Shown here one piece after another: positions 51,135-63,896 of a stretch of DNA of 64,000 nt. The DNA lies in NCBI RefSeq assembly GCF_021869535.1, contig NW_026262745.1:60388001-60452000 (forward strand), written 5' to 3'. The stretch is from Mytilus californianus (Eukaryota). The position numbers and the translations under genes are program-made. The notes under the pieces are model-generated. The model was not told the DNA's origin. It saw only the letters and a program-made list of their open reading frames with translations, and made no database searches. Within the stretch, counting starts at the first letter, position 1; each line of letters opens with the position of its first letter.

Positions 51135-51253
51135 CATTAGTCTAGCTGCGGAACCATAGCTCTTAGGTCCTTGTGCTATTTTTTTTTTTATCTTTTGCGC
51201 TCTACGGTTCTGCAGCTAACATTAGTCTAGATGTACATGATGTAGGTCTTTCA

Positions 51254-52272
51254 TTTTTGTCGAGCCTTCGACTTTAGTCGAAAAAGCGAGACATAGCGAT
51301 CCTACATTCCGTCGGCGTCGTCGTCGTCGTCGGCGGCGTCCACAAATATTCACTCTGTGGTTAAAGTTTTTGAAATTTTAATAACTTTCTTAAACTATCC
51401 TGGATTTCTACCAAACTTGGACAGAAGCTTGTTTATGATCATAAGATAGTATCCAGAAGTAAATTTTGTAAAAATAAAATTCCATTTTTTCCGTATTTTA
51501 CTTATAAATGGACTTAGTTTTTCTGCCGGGAAATATTACATTCACTCTGTGGTTAAAGTTTTTAAAATTTTAATAACTTTCTTAAACTATCCTGAGTTTG
51601 TACCAAACTTGGACAGAAGCTTGTTTATGATCATAAGATAGTATCCAGAAGTAAATTTTGTAAAAAAAAAAATACATTTTTTCCTTATTTTACTTTTAAA
51701 TGGACTTAGATTTTCTGCCAGGAAACAACACATTCACTCTGTGGTTAAAGTTTTTTAAATTTTAATAACTTTCTTTTACTATTTTGGATTTGTACCAAAC
51801 TTGGACAGAAGCTTGTTTATGGTCTAAAGCTAGTATCTAGAAGGAAATTTTGTAAAAAAATAAATCTATTTTTTCTGTATTTTACTTTTAATGGACTTAG
51901 ATTTTCTGCCAGGAAACAACACATTCACTCTGTGGTTCAAGTTTTTAAAATTTTAATAACTTTCTTATACTATTTTGGATTTGTACCAAACTTGGACAGA
52001 AGCTTGTTTATGATCAAATGCTAGTATCTAGAAGGAAATTTTGTTTTCTTCCAGTTAACATTACATTCAGTCTGCAGTTAAAGTTTTTAAACATTTATTA
52101 GATTCATAAACTATCCGAGATTTTTACCAAACTTGGACAGAAGCTTCTTACAATCAAAAGATAGTATCAAGAGGAATATTTTTATTGATTTACTTCCTCA
52201 TTTTTGTTGCGCCTGCGATTAACAGAAAAAGTAGGCGAGACACTGGGTTCCGCGGAACCCTTACGAATTTTT
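51254..52272 (+). mobile_element. Helentron-like (HINE) element with a ~192-bp satellite array (4-5 copies)
   Basis: Start tttttgtcgagccttcgactttagtcgaaaaagcgagac, gtc microsatellite, attcactctgtggtt units near 51348, 51540, 51733 and 51925, terminal palindrome gggttccgcggaaccc followed by a T tract. Confidence 0.88.
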
Positions 52273-52464
52273 GTATTCTCTAAACATGCATGTCACTTTT
52301 CTATAGACTACATGTAAATCTAGTATAACGTCACAGTCATGACAGTACCGAAATTGCACCTATTCAACAAAAATAGCTGCGGAAATCTTACAAGTTTTCT
52401 TTGAGACTAAACAATTTGTATTTTTTTATGATTTGAAATTATCATGATGTATATACAGCATGTA

Positions 52465-53679
52465 CAGTCAGGGGTACTACTTGTACAAGTATAATCTTTA
52501 TTTACTTGAAGAAGTAAATAATAATATACTTATATAAGTAAATTATAATGTTTGAATAATTTCCTCAAAAATTTACTTGAGATGTAAAAACATGCCTTTA
52601 ACAATTTTTCTCAGGTTAGTTCATAATTTTTGATTAGAGTTCAATGTTTCATCTCATTAATTCAACAAAGAAACTAATTGCGCAAAGATCTTAAGGTCTT
52701 AAGGGGCGTCTTAATTAAAATTGATAGAATTTTTTAATAATTTGTCAAAATGAAGTTTTTATCATGCTTTTTTCAAAAATATAATAAAAAGTATGGGTCA
52801 CTGGACTTTTTTTTGACGCTACAGGTTGTGCAAAATTGTCAGATTTTATATAGATTATGCATGGAAAATCAAATTTTGTGTGATAAAAAGAAAACTACAT
52901 GATAGAATTTTAAGATATAATGTGAGAAGATAGCTCTTATAACATGCTTTCAGATAAGAAAAAGAATAAATGGGGTCACCGAACTTGTTTTCTTGCTACA
53001 GATTAAAATAGGTAAATTCACAACACTTTCTATTATAAAAATTATTTTATCTGAGTTATCTTCCCTTATTTGGCAAATTTGAAAAAAAATTAATCAAACA
53101 CAAATAAGGTGTTTTTGAGAAATTAGAGCCGTAATTATGATAAAACACACAATTTTCTATATATACATCAAAAGTCTTACACATAAATTACATACTAATC
53201 TCAAAATTTGCACATTTCATCAAAGATCTAGACCAACATTATCTCCTACTTCAAAATCCAAGATGGAGGAAGACACCCGAGCCACCTTAAGTATTTGCGC
53301 AAGGCCTTCAAAAATTGCCCCTTGGGGGCTTGTAAATGAGCAGTGTTTTGAAGATAACAGACAAATGAGATTTTCATTGTCCATGAAGTTACACTTAAAT
53401 GATTAGTAAAGACATCTGCAAAGGACAGACAATTAAAAATTCTATTAGAACAAAGAAGTCTTAAGAAATTCAAGAAAAGAAGATAGGATGACTTTTTACT
53501 TGTATAAGTAAAAAAATCTGAAAGTCTAAGGGACATAACTAAGCCATTAAAATAATTTACCTATACAAGTAAATAAAATACACTTGTATAAGTATCCTAC
53601 AAATTTACTTATATAAGTATATTAATATTTACTTCTTCAAGTAAATAAAAATTACTTGTACAAGTAGTACCCATGACTG
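52465..53679. mobile_element. 1.2-kb MITE with ~80-bp imperfect TIRs
   Basis: cagtcaggggtactacttgtacaagt...tacttatataagtaaatt is the inverse of aatttacttatataagta...acttgtacaagtagtacccatgactg. Confidence 0.8.
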
Positions 53680-53798
53680 ATATACATTTCTTTCAACATA
53701 GCTAAATATAGTTAGATATACACAAAACGTTCACAGTAAATATCAACAGATGAAACATTTACAGGAAAAAGTAAATCTACAGAAAAGTTGCCATGCAA

Positions 53799-54782
53799 CA
53801 GTCTTCGAATTTAGCCACAAGTCCGACGGTCCTGGCCAGTAAAATCGGCCGTGGACTTGTCAAATTTGTTGTTCAAAAGTCCGACTGGGCTTGTAGATTT
53901 TTCGGTAGTTGGTAAGCTCTTTGCGTCTTTGGTAATTAGTGATACCAATAAATCGGTTTCTATTTTGCGCTTTTTCACATGAATTAAACGTATTGCGATA
54001 AATACTGGATCGAGACATTGTATTAAATTACAGATCATTGGTTTCCTTCCCCCCTAACTTATATTCCCCTGACAAAAATGTTTCTTCGGCAATGTACGAG
54101 CCTCAATGTACTGGCGGAGCTCGTCCGGGTAAGCCGTTTTAGCTCCCCGCCGATGATAATGTAAGGAAGAGAAAGTACGACGCTACACGGTCGCGTCAGT
54201 TCCTTTCCAGTTGGTTAGAAGGTAGGCCGTGGTTGATGTATGATGAGTTGAAAAACAAAATGTTCTGTTTCATGGTGCACAGAACATAAAATTGATTCAC
54301 AGTTTGTGACCCCAGGTAGTGACAACTTTAAACTGGATACTATTATTTTTATAATTCACGAGAAGAATAAGAGTCACAAATTTATTGCTCTAAATATGAG
54401 AAGCCTGCAGCTGAACCATCAGAGGCTGAAAAATGTTACAGCATTCTAGACAAGGCACCTTCTTTCTAAATTTTTAAAGAGAACAAAATTATTATAACAG
54501 CTACTTTTTACTTTTTTCTCCAATTGTCAATGTTATTCCTATTAAATTTATCTTCAAAACATGACACTCAAAGCTCTCAGAATGTAGGATTTTGCATCTA
54601 ATTTTTCAAAATTTTTCTGGGGGGGCATGCCCCCAGATCCTCCTAGCTGGTTCGCAGCGCTTCACGCTGCTCAGCGGTGATAATAATTTGTGTGGTCTTG
54701 TAGAATTTTCTGGGGACTTGTAAAAATTTATGAACCACAAGTCCTACTGACTTGTAGGGTGAAAAGTTAAGTGTGAAGACTG
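53799..54782 (+). mobile_element. Internally deleted hAT-like element retaining a frameshifted TTF-type zinc-finger segment
   Basis: TIRs CAGTCTTC / GAAGACTG, flanking direct repeat catgcaa(c), acaagtcc subterminal repeats. 54166-54375 encodes KRKYDATRSRQFLSSWLEGRPWLMYDELKNKMFC / SWCTEHK...GSDNFKLDT...HEKNKSH. Confidence 0.8.
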
Positions 54783-55027
54783 CATGCAACGTTCTCAAAA
54801 TGTCATCTTTTACAAATGAGCAAATTAAATATGTTACAAGCATCCATTTCTTAAAAAATGAATAGTAAGCATGGACTAATGTCAAATTGTTCTAAATATA
54901 TGAAGAAATGAAACAAAACATCTGTTATGCAATTTTTAAGGATGTAAATTTAAGTAGGATGCAATTTGGGTACTTGTCATTACCATGATTACAGAATATT
55001 TGTGATATGACTTATAAATGTGGTGTT

Positions 55028-55058
<31 letters not shown>

Positions 55059-56115
55059 CTTTTTTCCACAGAAAATGCAGATTTTTGAGAAAATATCCCA
55101 ATTCGGAGACCCTTATCGATCCACGTCTTATACGCTTTCGCGCATGAGCAGTCAACGTACTGCCTGCGAAATCTATAACACTTAAATAACGAGGTCATTA
55201 TTCAGGGATAAATACTACTAATTTCATTATCTTTGTCACATGAATTTTCCGGTTGTAGTAAGAAAACCAGGATGGGTTCAAACAGAAAGATGTTGATAGC
55301 AGAGAAAACTATATACTTTATCATGTTTATAATCAGTACAACTTTGTCAGATGACAATACGAATACTAAAAATCCAGGCTTAAAATAAGGCGTAGGTTCT
55401 TTACTTTAGTCACGGATCCACATTAACACAGGTGTTTTCTAGTTCTTTATTATATGTATGCCCATTATTCTCCATTCTTCATCTGTGTGGCCTCATGCTT
55501 CATTGCTTGTTGGCGAAACAAGACTATTATTATAAACAATTACTTTGCGGTAATTGAATGTGTGTTATAATTTGTCTTAATTGTTGTTTTGTCTATTGGT
55601 GTATTTCAATAGTAAATACCTGTGAGTATCCACCCGTTATTAACCCTACCACAGGATCAGTAAATCAGGTGTTGGTGATAACCAGTCAGACATTATTAAA
55701 GTATAAAACATTGTTCAGTCCTCATGATTATGATGATAATGATCCTTTATTTTTTAATAACGATCCTCTGATTAAGTATCAATTATCATGATTATAAGTT
55801 TGTCTGCGTATTCATATTGTAAAATATCATCTGTGTGTTTCAATATGAATATTTTTGTGGAGTGTGTGTGTGGTGAACAAGTTCAAAAAGGCTTGATAAT
55901 GCATATCACGGCTTTGTGACGACAACATGGACAAATACATGTGTGTTGACCCGGCCTTAATAACTTTGACCTGGACATATCAACGATGTTATAATGTTCG
56001 AACCAACGTTAATAAGTTTGACCCGAAGTTATCAAGACATCTTCCGGTTTGGTGATGAATCAAAGAAACAATTGTTTCTATCATGCAAAATACACAAATA
56101 CAAGCTGATAAATCG

Positions 56116-56269
56116 ATTATCTGGTTGTCTGCATGTTGATATTGTAAAATTGCTCGACACAAATATGAAACCTTTTTGAACTAGTTTGCTACGCTCACTT
56201 GACAAATAGCTTCATATTGTGACTTGCAGCTGAAATTTTACGATATCAGTTTGCAGACAACCTGATAAT
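56116..56269. mobile_element. Degenerate palindromic MITE
   Basis: attatctggttgtctgca...gatattgtaaaatt versus aattttacgatatc...tgcagacaacctgataat, with a gctacgctcac centre. Confidence 0.6.
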
Positions 56270-57169
56270 TGGTACTTACTGACATGATTTATAACAAACC
56301 TTTCTAAAATTGTCTGTTTATAAATTTTGAAATTATAATTTTAGAAACTAAGGTTTCAACTAGATAGATTTGGCTATTATTCAGGTTCTTTTTTGGTTGT
56401 ATAGCTCTTCAGCTGTGTCGGTTCTTATACATCTTTGGCTTTCAAATATTTGGCATTGAGAGTTCCTGATGAAGATATAAATCAAAAAAAGCTTTGGACA
56501 CATGAAATTTATAACATGTTGTTTTCATTTTTAAGAAAACTTGTTAACAACGCTTTTGCAAATCAAATTTTATTCCAATAATATACAAGATGCAGTGATT
56601 GAACAAACAACATACAACAGTGAATAATTATATGAATTTATAACGAGATGAAATTTTTTTTTCTTCAGAAGTCAATTATCATGATAAAGGAAATGAGAAG
56701 TGGATCATAATCGAAACGTATGTATACTTAATTACAGGAATCTACCTTCACTTAAATGAAAAAATGCATAAATTTCCTGATTACAAAACTTAGATGTGTC
56801 TTAAATATCTAGAGTTGATCCAGGTAATTTCGTACAGGTGGGTAATTATCGTACGTATTAAATTTCTCTTGTTTTTATAATAAAGTTGAGAAATAAAGTG
56901 TGTTTTTATATCATTTTCTGATAATAAGATACTTATAACCTTGTATGTTAATGTTTTTACGGTCTTCTTTCAAAGAATATGTACAAATTTGCCATTGGTC
57001 GGAAAGTTTTGTTCTAAGGCGTTTTGGAAAGATAATGTTGTCCAAAAAGTCACCAGATTTAAGTAAATTCTAAGTTTGGTTAATTTAATGTAAGATCTTT
57101 ATACTTTAATCGAAATTAAGAAAAATAAAGGAAACTGAATGCCAGAAATAGTTTCCAATTGACAGATAC

Positions 57170-57260
57170 CTTTCCGTGTAGCATAAGTGAAAACATTTCC
57201 GTTAAAAAGGACTGGGAGTGGGTGTACGGTATTACCCAACATGCTATTTTACATACAAAT
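57170..57260 (+). other. Possible non-coding first exon of the USP35/38 gene
   Basis: The coding exon is preceded by an acceptor, so a 5' UTR exon must exist. This segment has Ets-like tttccgt motifs and ends at a donor-like aaat|gtaagg (57261). Inference only. Confidence 0.25.
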
Positions 57261-57565
57261 GTAAGGAGTCTAATATCGTACACGTCAGCTTTCAAAAATG
57301 TCAATTTTCATTTAGTGATTAAGAGGACGTTCAATGTTGACATTATCTTTGCTTATGTCAATGATTTTTGTTACATAATTAAACTAATTGCAAAATAAAA
57401 CAAACAGAAAAAACAACCCCAAAACAACATCAATTCGATATAGGAAAGAAAGAGGTTAAAAAAAATGTTATTTTCGATTCTATGAACCATATGTCAGCTG
57501 TCAAATGCGTAATAGAGATTGAAATTGGCGTGTCTTCAACATATTTTTCGTTAATTGTGAGGCAC

Positions 57566-57695
57566 GGTCCTCTGTGCCAAAGTGGTATATGTAGTTGCTA
57601 GCCAGTCAACACTAAGGTTATGACTACGAACCCCACACATGGCAGGTGTGTTTGAATATTAATTGACTAGGATTGTCAGTTTTCCTGCCGAACAA
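57566..57695 (+). mobile_element. Degenerate tRNA-derived SINE head and body
   Basis: gtgccaaagtgg (A-box-like), ctagccagtcaacactaaggttatgactacgaaccc (B-box-like) and ttaattgactaggattgtcagttttcct. Confidence 0.6.
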
Positions 57696-59207
57696 TAAAA
57701 CATTAAAAAATAAATACCACACAAAGTTTGAAAACAGCTATGAACATGATGAAAGATGTCAAATATATATGTTATTAAGGCAAGTTTCCATGAAATATTG
57801 CTGAGACAAATAAAGATGATGCTATAAACCAGGAATACCAACCAACTTAAAATTAGTAAATTTTGCTGACTTGATTTTAAAGACCAGTTGGGTCAGAGTT
57901 AAAATTATGTCTGGTGACATATCTTTCTTCGGACTGTGAACTAGAACGTTAAAAACCGGATGAGCGTGTCTGTCTATAATACAAATCAGGGTCTAAATTC
58001 ATATCACTTATCAAACTTAACATGCTTAAGTAATGCATGTAACATAAACCGTCTCATGGTGTTCTCGTCCTGATATCAATGTATTATTTGCCACTAAACA
58101 TTACTGCCTGAAACACCAGTCCGTCATAATCGTATCTAAATCCATACTGATAATTTATTGAAGCTTTAAAACAAAAAATCTTAGGACACTTGCCTTTTGT
58201 TCCTCCTTTTGCAATTTTTGCATAAATACTCAAATTTTGCCAATATATAATCAATTTCAGCTTTGAGTTATCTTTGACTGTTTATAATGTTGTATTCTGT
58301 TATTAAAAATACTGTTAGAATCTAGTTCCAACATGGAGTTGTGATACTGTGAATTTAAATCAAAAATTGAAAGACGTTTTGAAAATGACCCTGGTATTAA
58401 ATAAACAAGTCTTAGTCATTCCCAAATAGAATCCTATTTTGAAATTAATCTATGTATGGAATTACACATCAAGGTGTACGGAAATACACTACATCCGTAC
58501 GATATTAGCCAAAGTGACTTTTCTGTTCGGTATATATGCTCATTCTTGGTATTTTATATTGATTGGCAATGAAAAAGTCATACATTTATACTATCTACGA
58601 ATTATCTAGTTACCGGTTTCCTTTTAGAACATTGTAGTATCAAACAGGGAACCAAATGACATTCATTTTGAACCAAAAGTGTACGGAATTACCCAGACCG
58701 ACTCTAAACTGCAAAAAAAAATTTAATCAAATAATGTTATTTATCATTTTGACATAACACCTGTCATGCCTGTAGTTCGATGTGAAATATGATTAAAAAA
58801 AAATTGTTGGATTTACTTTTTAAAGATACTGTGTTACATTTAACATGTTTATCTACATTTTGTGCATTTATCATGTTTGTTTACTTCAATACACTACACA
58901 CGGTAGCATTATTTGCCTGATGTTATTGGATATTCCCATGATTACAGACATTACCATAAAAAAGTAGTGCCAAGAAGGCTAAAAGTTGGTCCTAAAGACT
59001 GTTATACTATGATCTTAAATATATACAAATTGAGGTTTAATCATTGTTAATCATTGTTAATTAAACATATATACAAATGTAACTTCTGTCCACTATTTGT
59101 TTGAAAGACATGTTGACAGCTTTAAAAGTATGATATTTTTTTCAGTGTTTAGTCATCATGGTCTTACATGTCTTATATGCATTAAAATGCATTTCAAACA
59201 TTGTTAA

Positions 59208-59596
59208 GGATGTTCGCTACTCTGTTTCAAACTAACAAGCTTTTTAAAAGACTGTTAGAAATCAATAGTTTATAAATGAATAAACTAAAAAGCAGAAAAA
59301 AATGAAGGGTCCGTGTGCTTGTTTTCGAGATATAAGCTATTGAAAATTTGGCGGGAAATAATTCTCTCTAGGTTTTTCGTACATTTAACATTGGCACCCT
59401 TTTTCTTTCAAAAGTTATGAAAAAATAACAAGGATTTAATTGCATTTTCAAATATGGCTTTTTAAAATATATGTAATAAAACTATAAAAAGAAAAGTAGG
59501 GGTTAGCGGGGAAATTTTCTTAATGGCACTACATGGATAAAATCAGAGGATTCTGAATATCTGGCAAAAATTCAAAAACAAGAGGAGCGAACACCC
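59208..59596. mobile_element. Kolobok-like MITE, 389 bp, TTAA target duplication
   Basis: ttaa|ggatgttcgct ... agcgaacaccc|ttaa. Confidence 0.8.
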
Positions 59597-59970
59597 TTAA
59601 ACATGTTAAAGGTCTCTTTCTTTATAAAAGGTAAACATCAGCCACACTTTTCAACCATAATATTATACTTTAAAAAAGATCTACATCATGTACATCTTAG
59701 CAAAAATTATTATTGTCTTTGCCAGTAGGCAATGTGGTCTAGAAGAAAATATCAAAAGTAAATTGTCAAAATATTTTTTAGGATTATCAAGATATTTTTG
59801 GCTACTTAATTACAGGAATGCAAGCACGAAGTTACCAACCGTGACCAAAATCTTTAAATTGATTGTAAGAAAAGGAGTTGTTAGTAAAAATATTCCCGAT
59901 ATGAATGTTTAATAGTGAAAACAAACTCTTGGTATCTTCATCTATTATGTCTATGTTTTCTAATGTAATT

Positions 59971-60203
59971 AGACCAAACAAAAAGTATGTGTGTTTACTG
60001 TACCCCTACCTACTCTAATTTTTACCCCCTACCCTAAAGTTTTTTTTTTTACCATTTTTGATTAAGCACTGTTAAAGTCACAATGTTGCTCCCATAGACT
60101 CAATGTAAAAAAAATATTAAACATAAAAAAAAATCCCTACCTACATTTACCCTATTGTTTTTCAGCATGTAACAGTAAATACACATACTTTTTTGTTTGG
60201 CCT
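59971..60203. mobile_element. ~230-bp MITE
   Basis: agaccaaacaaaaagtatgtgtgtttactgt versus acagtaaatacacatactttttgtttggcct inverted ends with cctacc repeats. Confidence 0.7.
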
Positions 60204-60565
60204 GAAGTATACCTTAATATAAATTTCTGAAATCTTTGTTTCAAAAGAGTGTATATTGGAACCCTGAAAGATGCAATTAATGTCATTATGAAAATAAGGA
60301 GATGTGGTATGATTGCCAATGAGACAACTATGCATCAAAGTTCAAATGAAGTGGATGTAAGCAATTATAGGCAATCATATGTCCTTCAACAATAAAAAAA
60401 AACCCATACCGTATTGTCAGCTACAAAAAGCCCTGACATGAAAAATATCAAAATAAACGTCATGACCATATTATCATGATTATTGACATACATAATTATG
60501 AAATACTTTTTTTCTCTTTCAGTAATTTTCATTAGCAAGAAAAGTTACATCTGCATGTAAACAAC

Positions 60566-61489
60566 ATGGATGCCTTATTGAATGGAATTTTGTCCTCCAA
60601 CCATCCAGATCAACTGAAGAAGCAGTTACTGCATAAAATTGCAGATAAAGGGGCACAACCACAGGCAATAAAAACAATAAAATCTGTATTTGAACTCACT
60701 GTAAACTGGTACCTGGAAATTGATAATGAGCTAGCATCAAATGAAAGCTTGACTATTTTAAAATCTTGGGCTAAACACAATTTGTCAACTTTTGAACAAT
60801 TTTTTGACAGAGATTATTTAGTTGGTTTACTTTTGAAAAAATGTCGCAGAGAATGCAACATACCGATTCTTGTCAAGGAATGTTTACATCTTCTTCAGCG
60901 TTCGTCCATATTTTATAGTCACCTAAAAGTTGTAGAAGCGATGGCTATTAATTATGTACAACAACACCCTTCAATGGCTTCCATCGTGAACTTCATTAGT
61001 TTGTTAAGAACTTTTAAAGAATGCATACCGAAAGGTGATTTCACGTCAAAATTTTGTGTTGCATTGATAAATGGGGTCGCATTAGTAGGTCATCCAGATG
61101 GAAAGGTCTTAGAATATATTCAGGGTTCTGAATTAATTTTCAAGTTCATCAACGCGTTATGGAACCAAGCAGATTCTAAATTCATTTTGGAATCATTAAA
61201 AGCCGTGTTCACCTTAATTTCTGACGAAAGCATAGAAATGACTTTCTGTCTTGGAGCGATTGTTCAGCATATTCCAAAAGAGATGATCGATATCGTTGTT
61301 AGATATGCGGTGTTTGAAAGTAATATAGATGATGACAGTATGACGAGGGCATTAAATAGGATCATAGGTTGGATCCAATGGCCAACAGCGATAAACGTCA
61401 GTGTTTGGATAATTGGATTTTTGCAGAGTCTTGCAGCAGAAAAGAGATTCACTGTTTTGATATCTGTCACTGAGGCCAAAATAGAACAG
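60566..61489 (+). CDS. USP38: USP35/USP38-family ubiquitin carboxyl-terminal hydrolase, first coding exon (N-terminal helical region, 308 codons); gene continues beyond the window
   Basis: MDALLNGILSSNHP...ECIPKG...LGAIVQHIP...MTRALNRIIGWIQWP...WIIGFLQSLAAEKRFTVLISVTEAKIEQ matches, from memory, the USP38 N-terminus (MDKILEGLVSSSHP...QCIPKG...LASLVQHIP...MTQALCRMIDWLSWP...KIELV). Phase-0 donor CAG|gttaga at 61490; upstream acceptor tttctctttcag ends at 60522. Confidence 0.88.
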
Positions 61490-61504
61490 GTTAGAAATCG
61501 ATTA

Positions 61505-61705
61505 CTGTGGATTCATTATTATTCGACGCGTACCAATTTTCGTGGTTTTCATGGGTACAGGTAAACCACGAATTTAAATGTTCAACGAATTACAAATTTT
61601 CTTGAAGATTGTATGCAGTATTTGGCATAATCAAGTATCCACAAAAATGCAAGTTTTTCTGAATCCACGAAAATTGGTACCCACGAAATATAAATGAATC
61701 CACAG
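61505..61705. mobile_element. 201-bp TA-flanked MITE, copy 3, just inside the intron after the first USP35/38 coding exon
   Basis: ta|ctgtggattcatt ... aatgaatccacag|ta with TIR and TA target duplication. Confidence 0.9.
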
Positions 61706-62290
61706 TATAATGAATAACTGAGACCACTTTGATTCTTTCCTGTTTGACATTTCTATGATTTTCTTTGTTTTCAGTAAACTGTCTTGGTAGTCTTGTGTTA
61801 GGTGGGCTCTCCACGAGTGTGTTAATCTTGTTTTTTTCCAAAAACTAGTCATACAGAAGACTAAACAATTTGAATTTGCTGCTTCTGATCAGTTAACATG
61901 GTTTTAGCACATGAATTAAAGAGGAAAACCAAAAACTATTTCTCATGGTGGCATGACATGACATGTTTTACCACTACCTTTTAAAATAGCACTACACATA
62001 CATGTATGTAAAAAACCTTGCTCTGACAGCATGCAAGTCGGGAGTACAAAGCAACCTTCATTTACATGTGACAAATGTTTTTTTCAAAAATATACAAATG
62101 TTATATTTGTGCTTCACATTGTGTGCACAGTCATCATTTTCAGAACATCAAGGTGTAATAATTGAAAACTTTCCAGTATGAATTGATCTGTGTTGTCTCT
62201 GATATTATATTGATTTTATCTTGCATATTTTATGACATATTTTGTCAAAAGTGTACATGTACATGAATTCTTTTATTTCATATTTTTTCC

Positions 62291-62700
62291 TGATTTTTAT
62301 ACGACCGCAAAAAAATTTTTGTGGTCATATATTGGTATGACGTTGGCGTCGTCGTTGTCCGGCGTTGTCGTCGTCGTCCGAAGACACATTAGTTTTCGCA
62401 CTCTAACTTTAGTTTAAGTGAATGGATCTCAATGAAATTTTACCATAAGGTTCAATACCACAAAAGGAAGGTGGGGATTGATTTTGGGGGTTATGGTACC
62501 CACAGTTAAGGAATTAGGGGCCAAAAATAAGCATTTTTGTAACTTCCAGACATAACTTGTGTGTAAGTGTATGGATCTCTCTGACATTGTACCACAAGGT
62601 TCCATATCTCAAAGGGAATGCTGGGATTGATTTTTGGGGTAATTGCCTCCAAATTTTAGGAATTAGGGGCCAAAAAGGGGCAAAAAACAAGCATTTTCAG
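62291..62700 (+). mobile_element. Truncated Helentron-like (HINE) element
   Basis: tttttatacgaccgcaaaaaaatttttgtggtcatata hairpin start, gtc microsatellite, two related gggattgatttt..gggg...ggaattaggggccaaaaa units. Confidence 0.7.
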
Positions 62701-63380
62701 GGGTTAAAAAATCCACTAGCACGACTCCCGGGACTCAGCATTTAGGCCTCGGGCAACCAAAACTTGTAACCCAATATTCCCCGACGGTTTAGTAACAAAA
62801 AAATCTTGGCGTTTCCAAAATAAAAAGTGGAAAATCCACACATCACTATTCTATCTTAGAACAGATTCAACTACATCATCCAGGATTCCCAGAATTTGAA
62901 CTGATTTTGTACAAGTTTTAAAATAGAACAAATAACTCGGGTGGATCCCGTACTTACAATATCGATTTGTCAGTACAGGGGGTATTGTACATTGCTTATG
63001 CAACCAGAGAAATATAATGTAACCGGACTGTACCTCCTTCTGAATAATTTTTTGCTATATAAATGTGAATCGCTTTTGACAGGAGAAACCTGACTTTTGT
63101 CAGATATAAATTTGTAACATGTGCACATGTTATGGATGCCATTTTGTTTTTGTTTACATACTGTGAAGAAGCCTCTAGAACCATGACCTAAACATTAACA
63201 GTCTTCAGAAAACTTAAACTTGATGCAATAATATTTCATCAATCATGATTATCTTCATTGATATTCAAATAAATTAGATTTTTAAAGAAATAAAATTTAT
63301 AACAAATACAATTTCAGTTTACAGACTGTACTCAGTTTGTAATCTATTTATAGCCCACAATTAGCTTACCTGTGATAAAT

Positions 63381-63856
63381 GAGGGTAGTAATGCCCTTTA
63401 CCGTCAGGCGTCAAACGGTCATTTACGGCTACCGTTAGCGTCAAATTGGTTAAAATTTTAGCGTGACTCGTCAAAATATCCTTATCGTGACTCGTCAGAG
63501 GTCTCAAATAATTATCGTTACCGTTATTTTTGGAAAAAATTTAACGTGATTCGTCAAAATCAGTAGATTTTCTTATCCGTTGTACAGTAGATTTTTGCAA
63601 ATCGGACACCGCAAACTTATGTCAGCAAAAAAATATCCCAGTAGCATGAATAGCAGATATATTCAATTAATCGATAATTGTATATTCATTGAATATTCTG
63701 TAATAATGAGTTGACCAAATCCTGAGATGGTACAAGTCTTGACCATCGCTAAAGAAAGTGTACATTTTATCGTCATGCACCAAAAATTACTGTTAACGTC
63801 ATTTGGCAAGATTTTTTACCATTATTCGTCATGAACGTACCCTCATTACGACCCTC
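63381..63856. mobile_element. 476-bp MITE with cgtca subterminal repeats
   Basis: TIRs gagggtagtaatg / cattacgaccctc, with ataaat on both flanks. Confidence 0.7.
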
Positions 63857-63896
63857 ATAAATGTAAATATGGATATTACTGTACCTCGTTTATAAT

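Noticed and set aside
61490-61564. C-terminal VRNRLLWIHYY...GYR of the 332-aa ORF
   Set aside because: Read-through into intron and MITE; USP38 similarity ends at KIEQ, where a GT donor lies.
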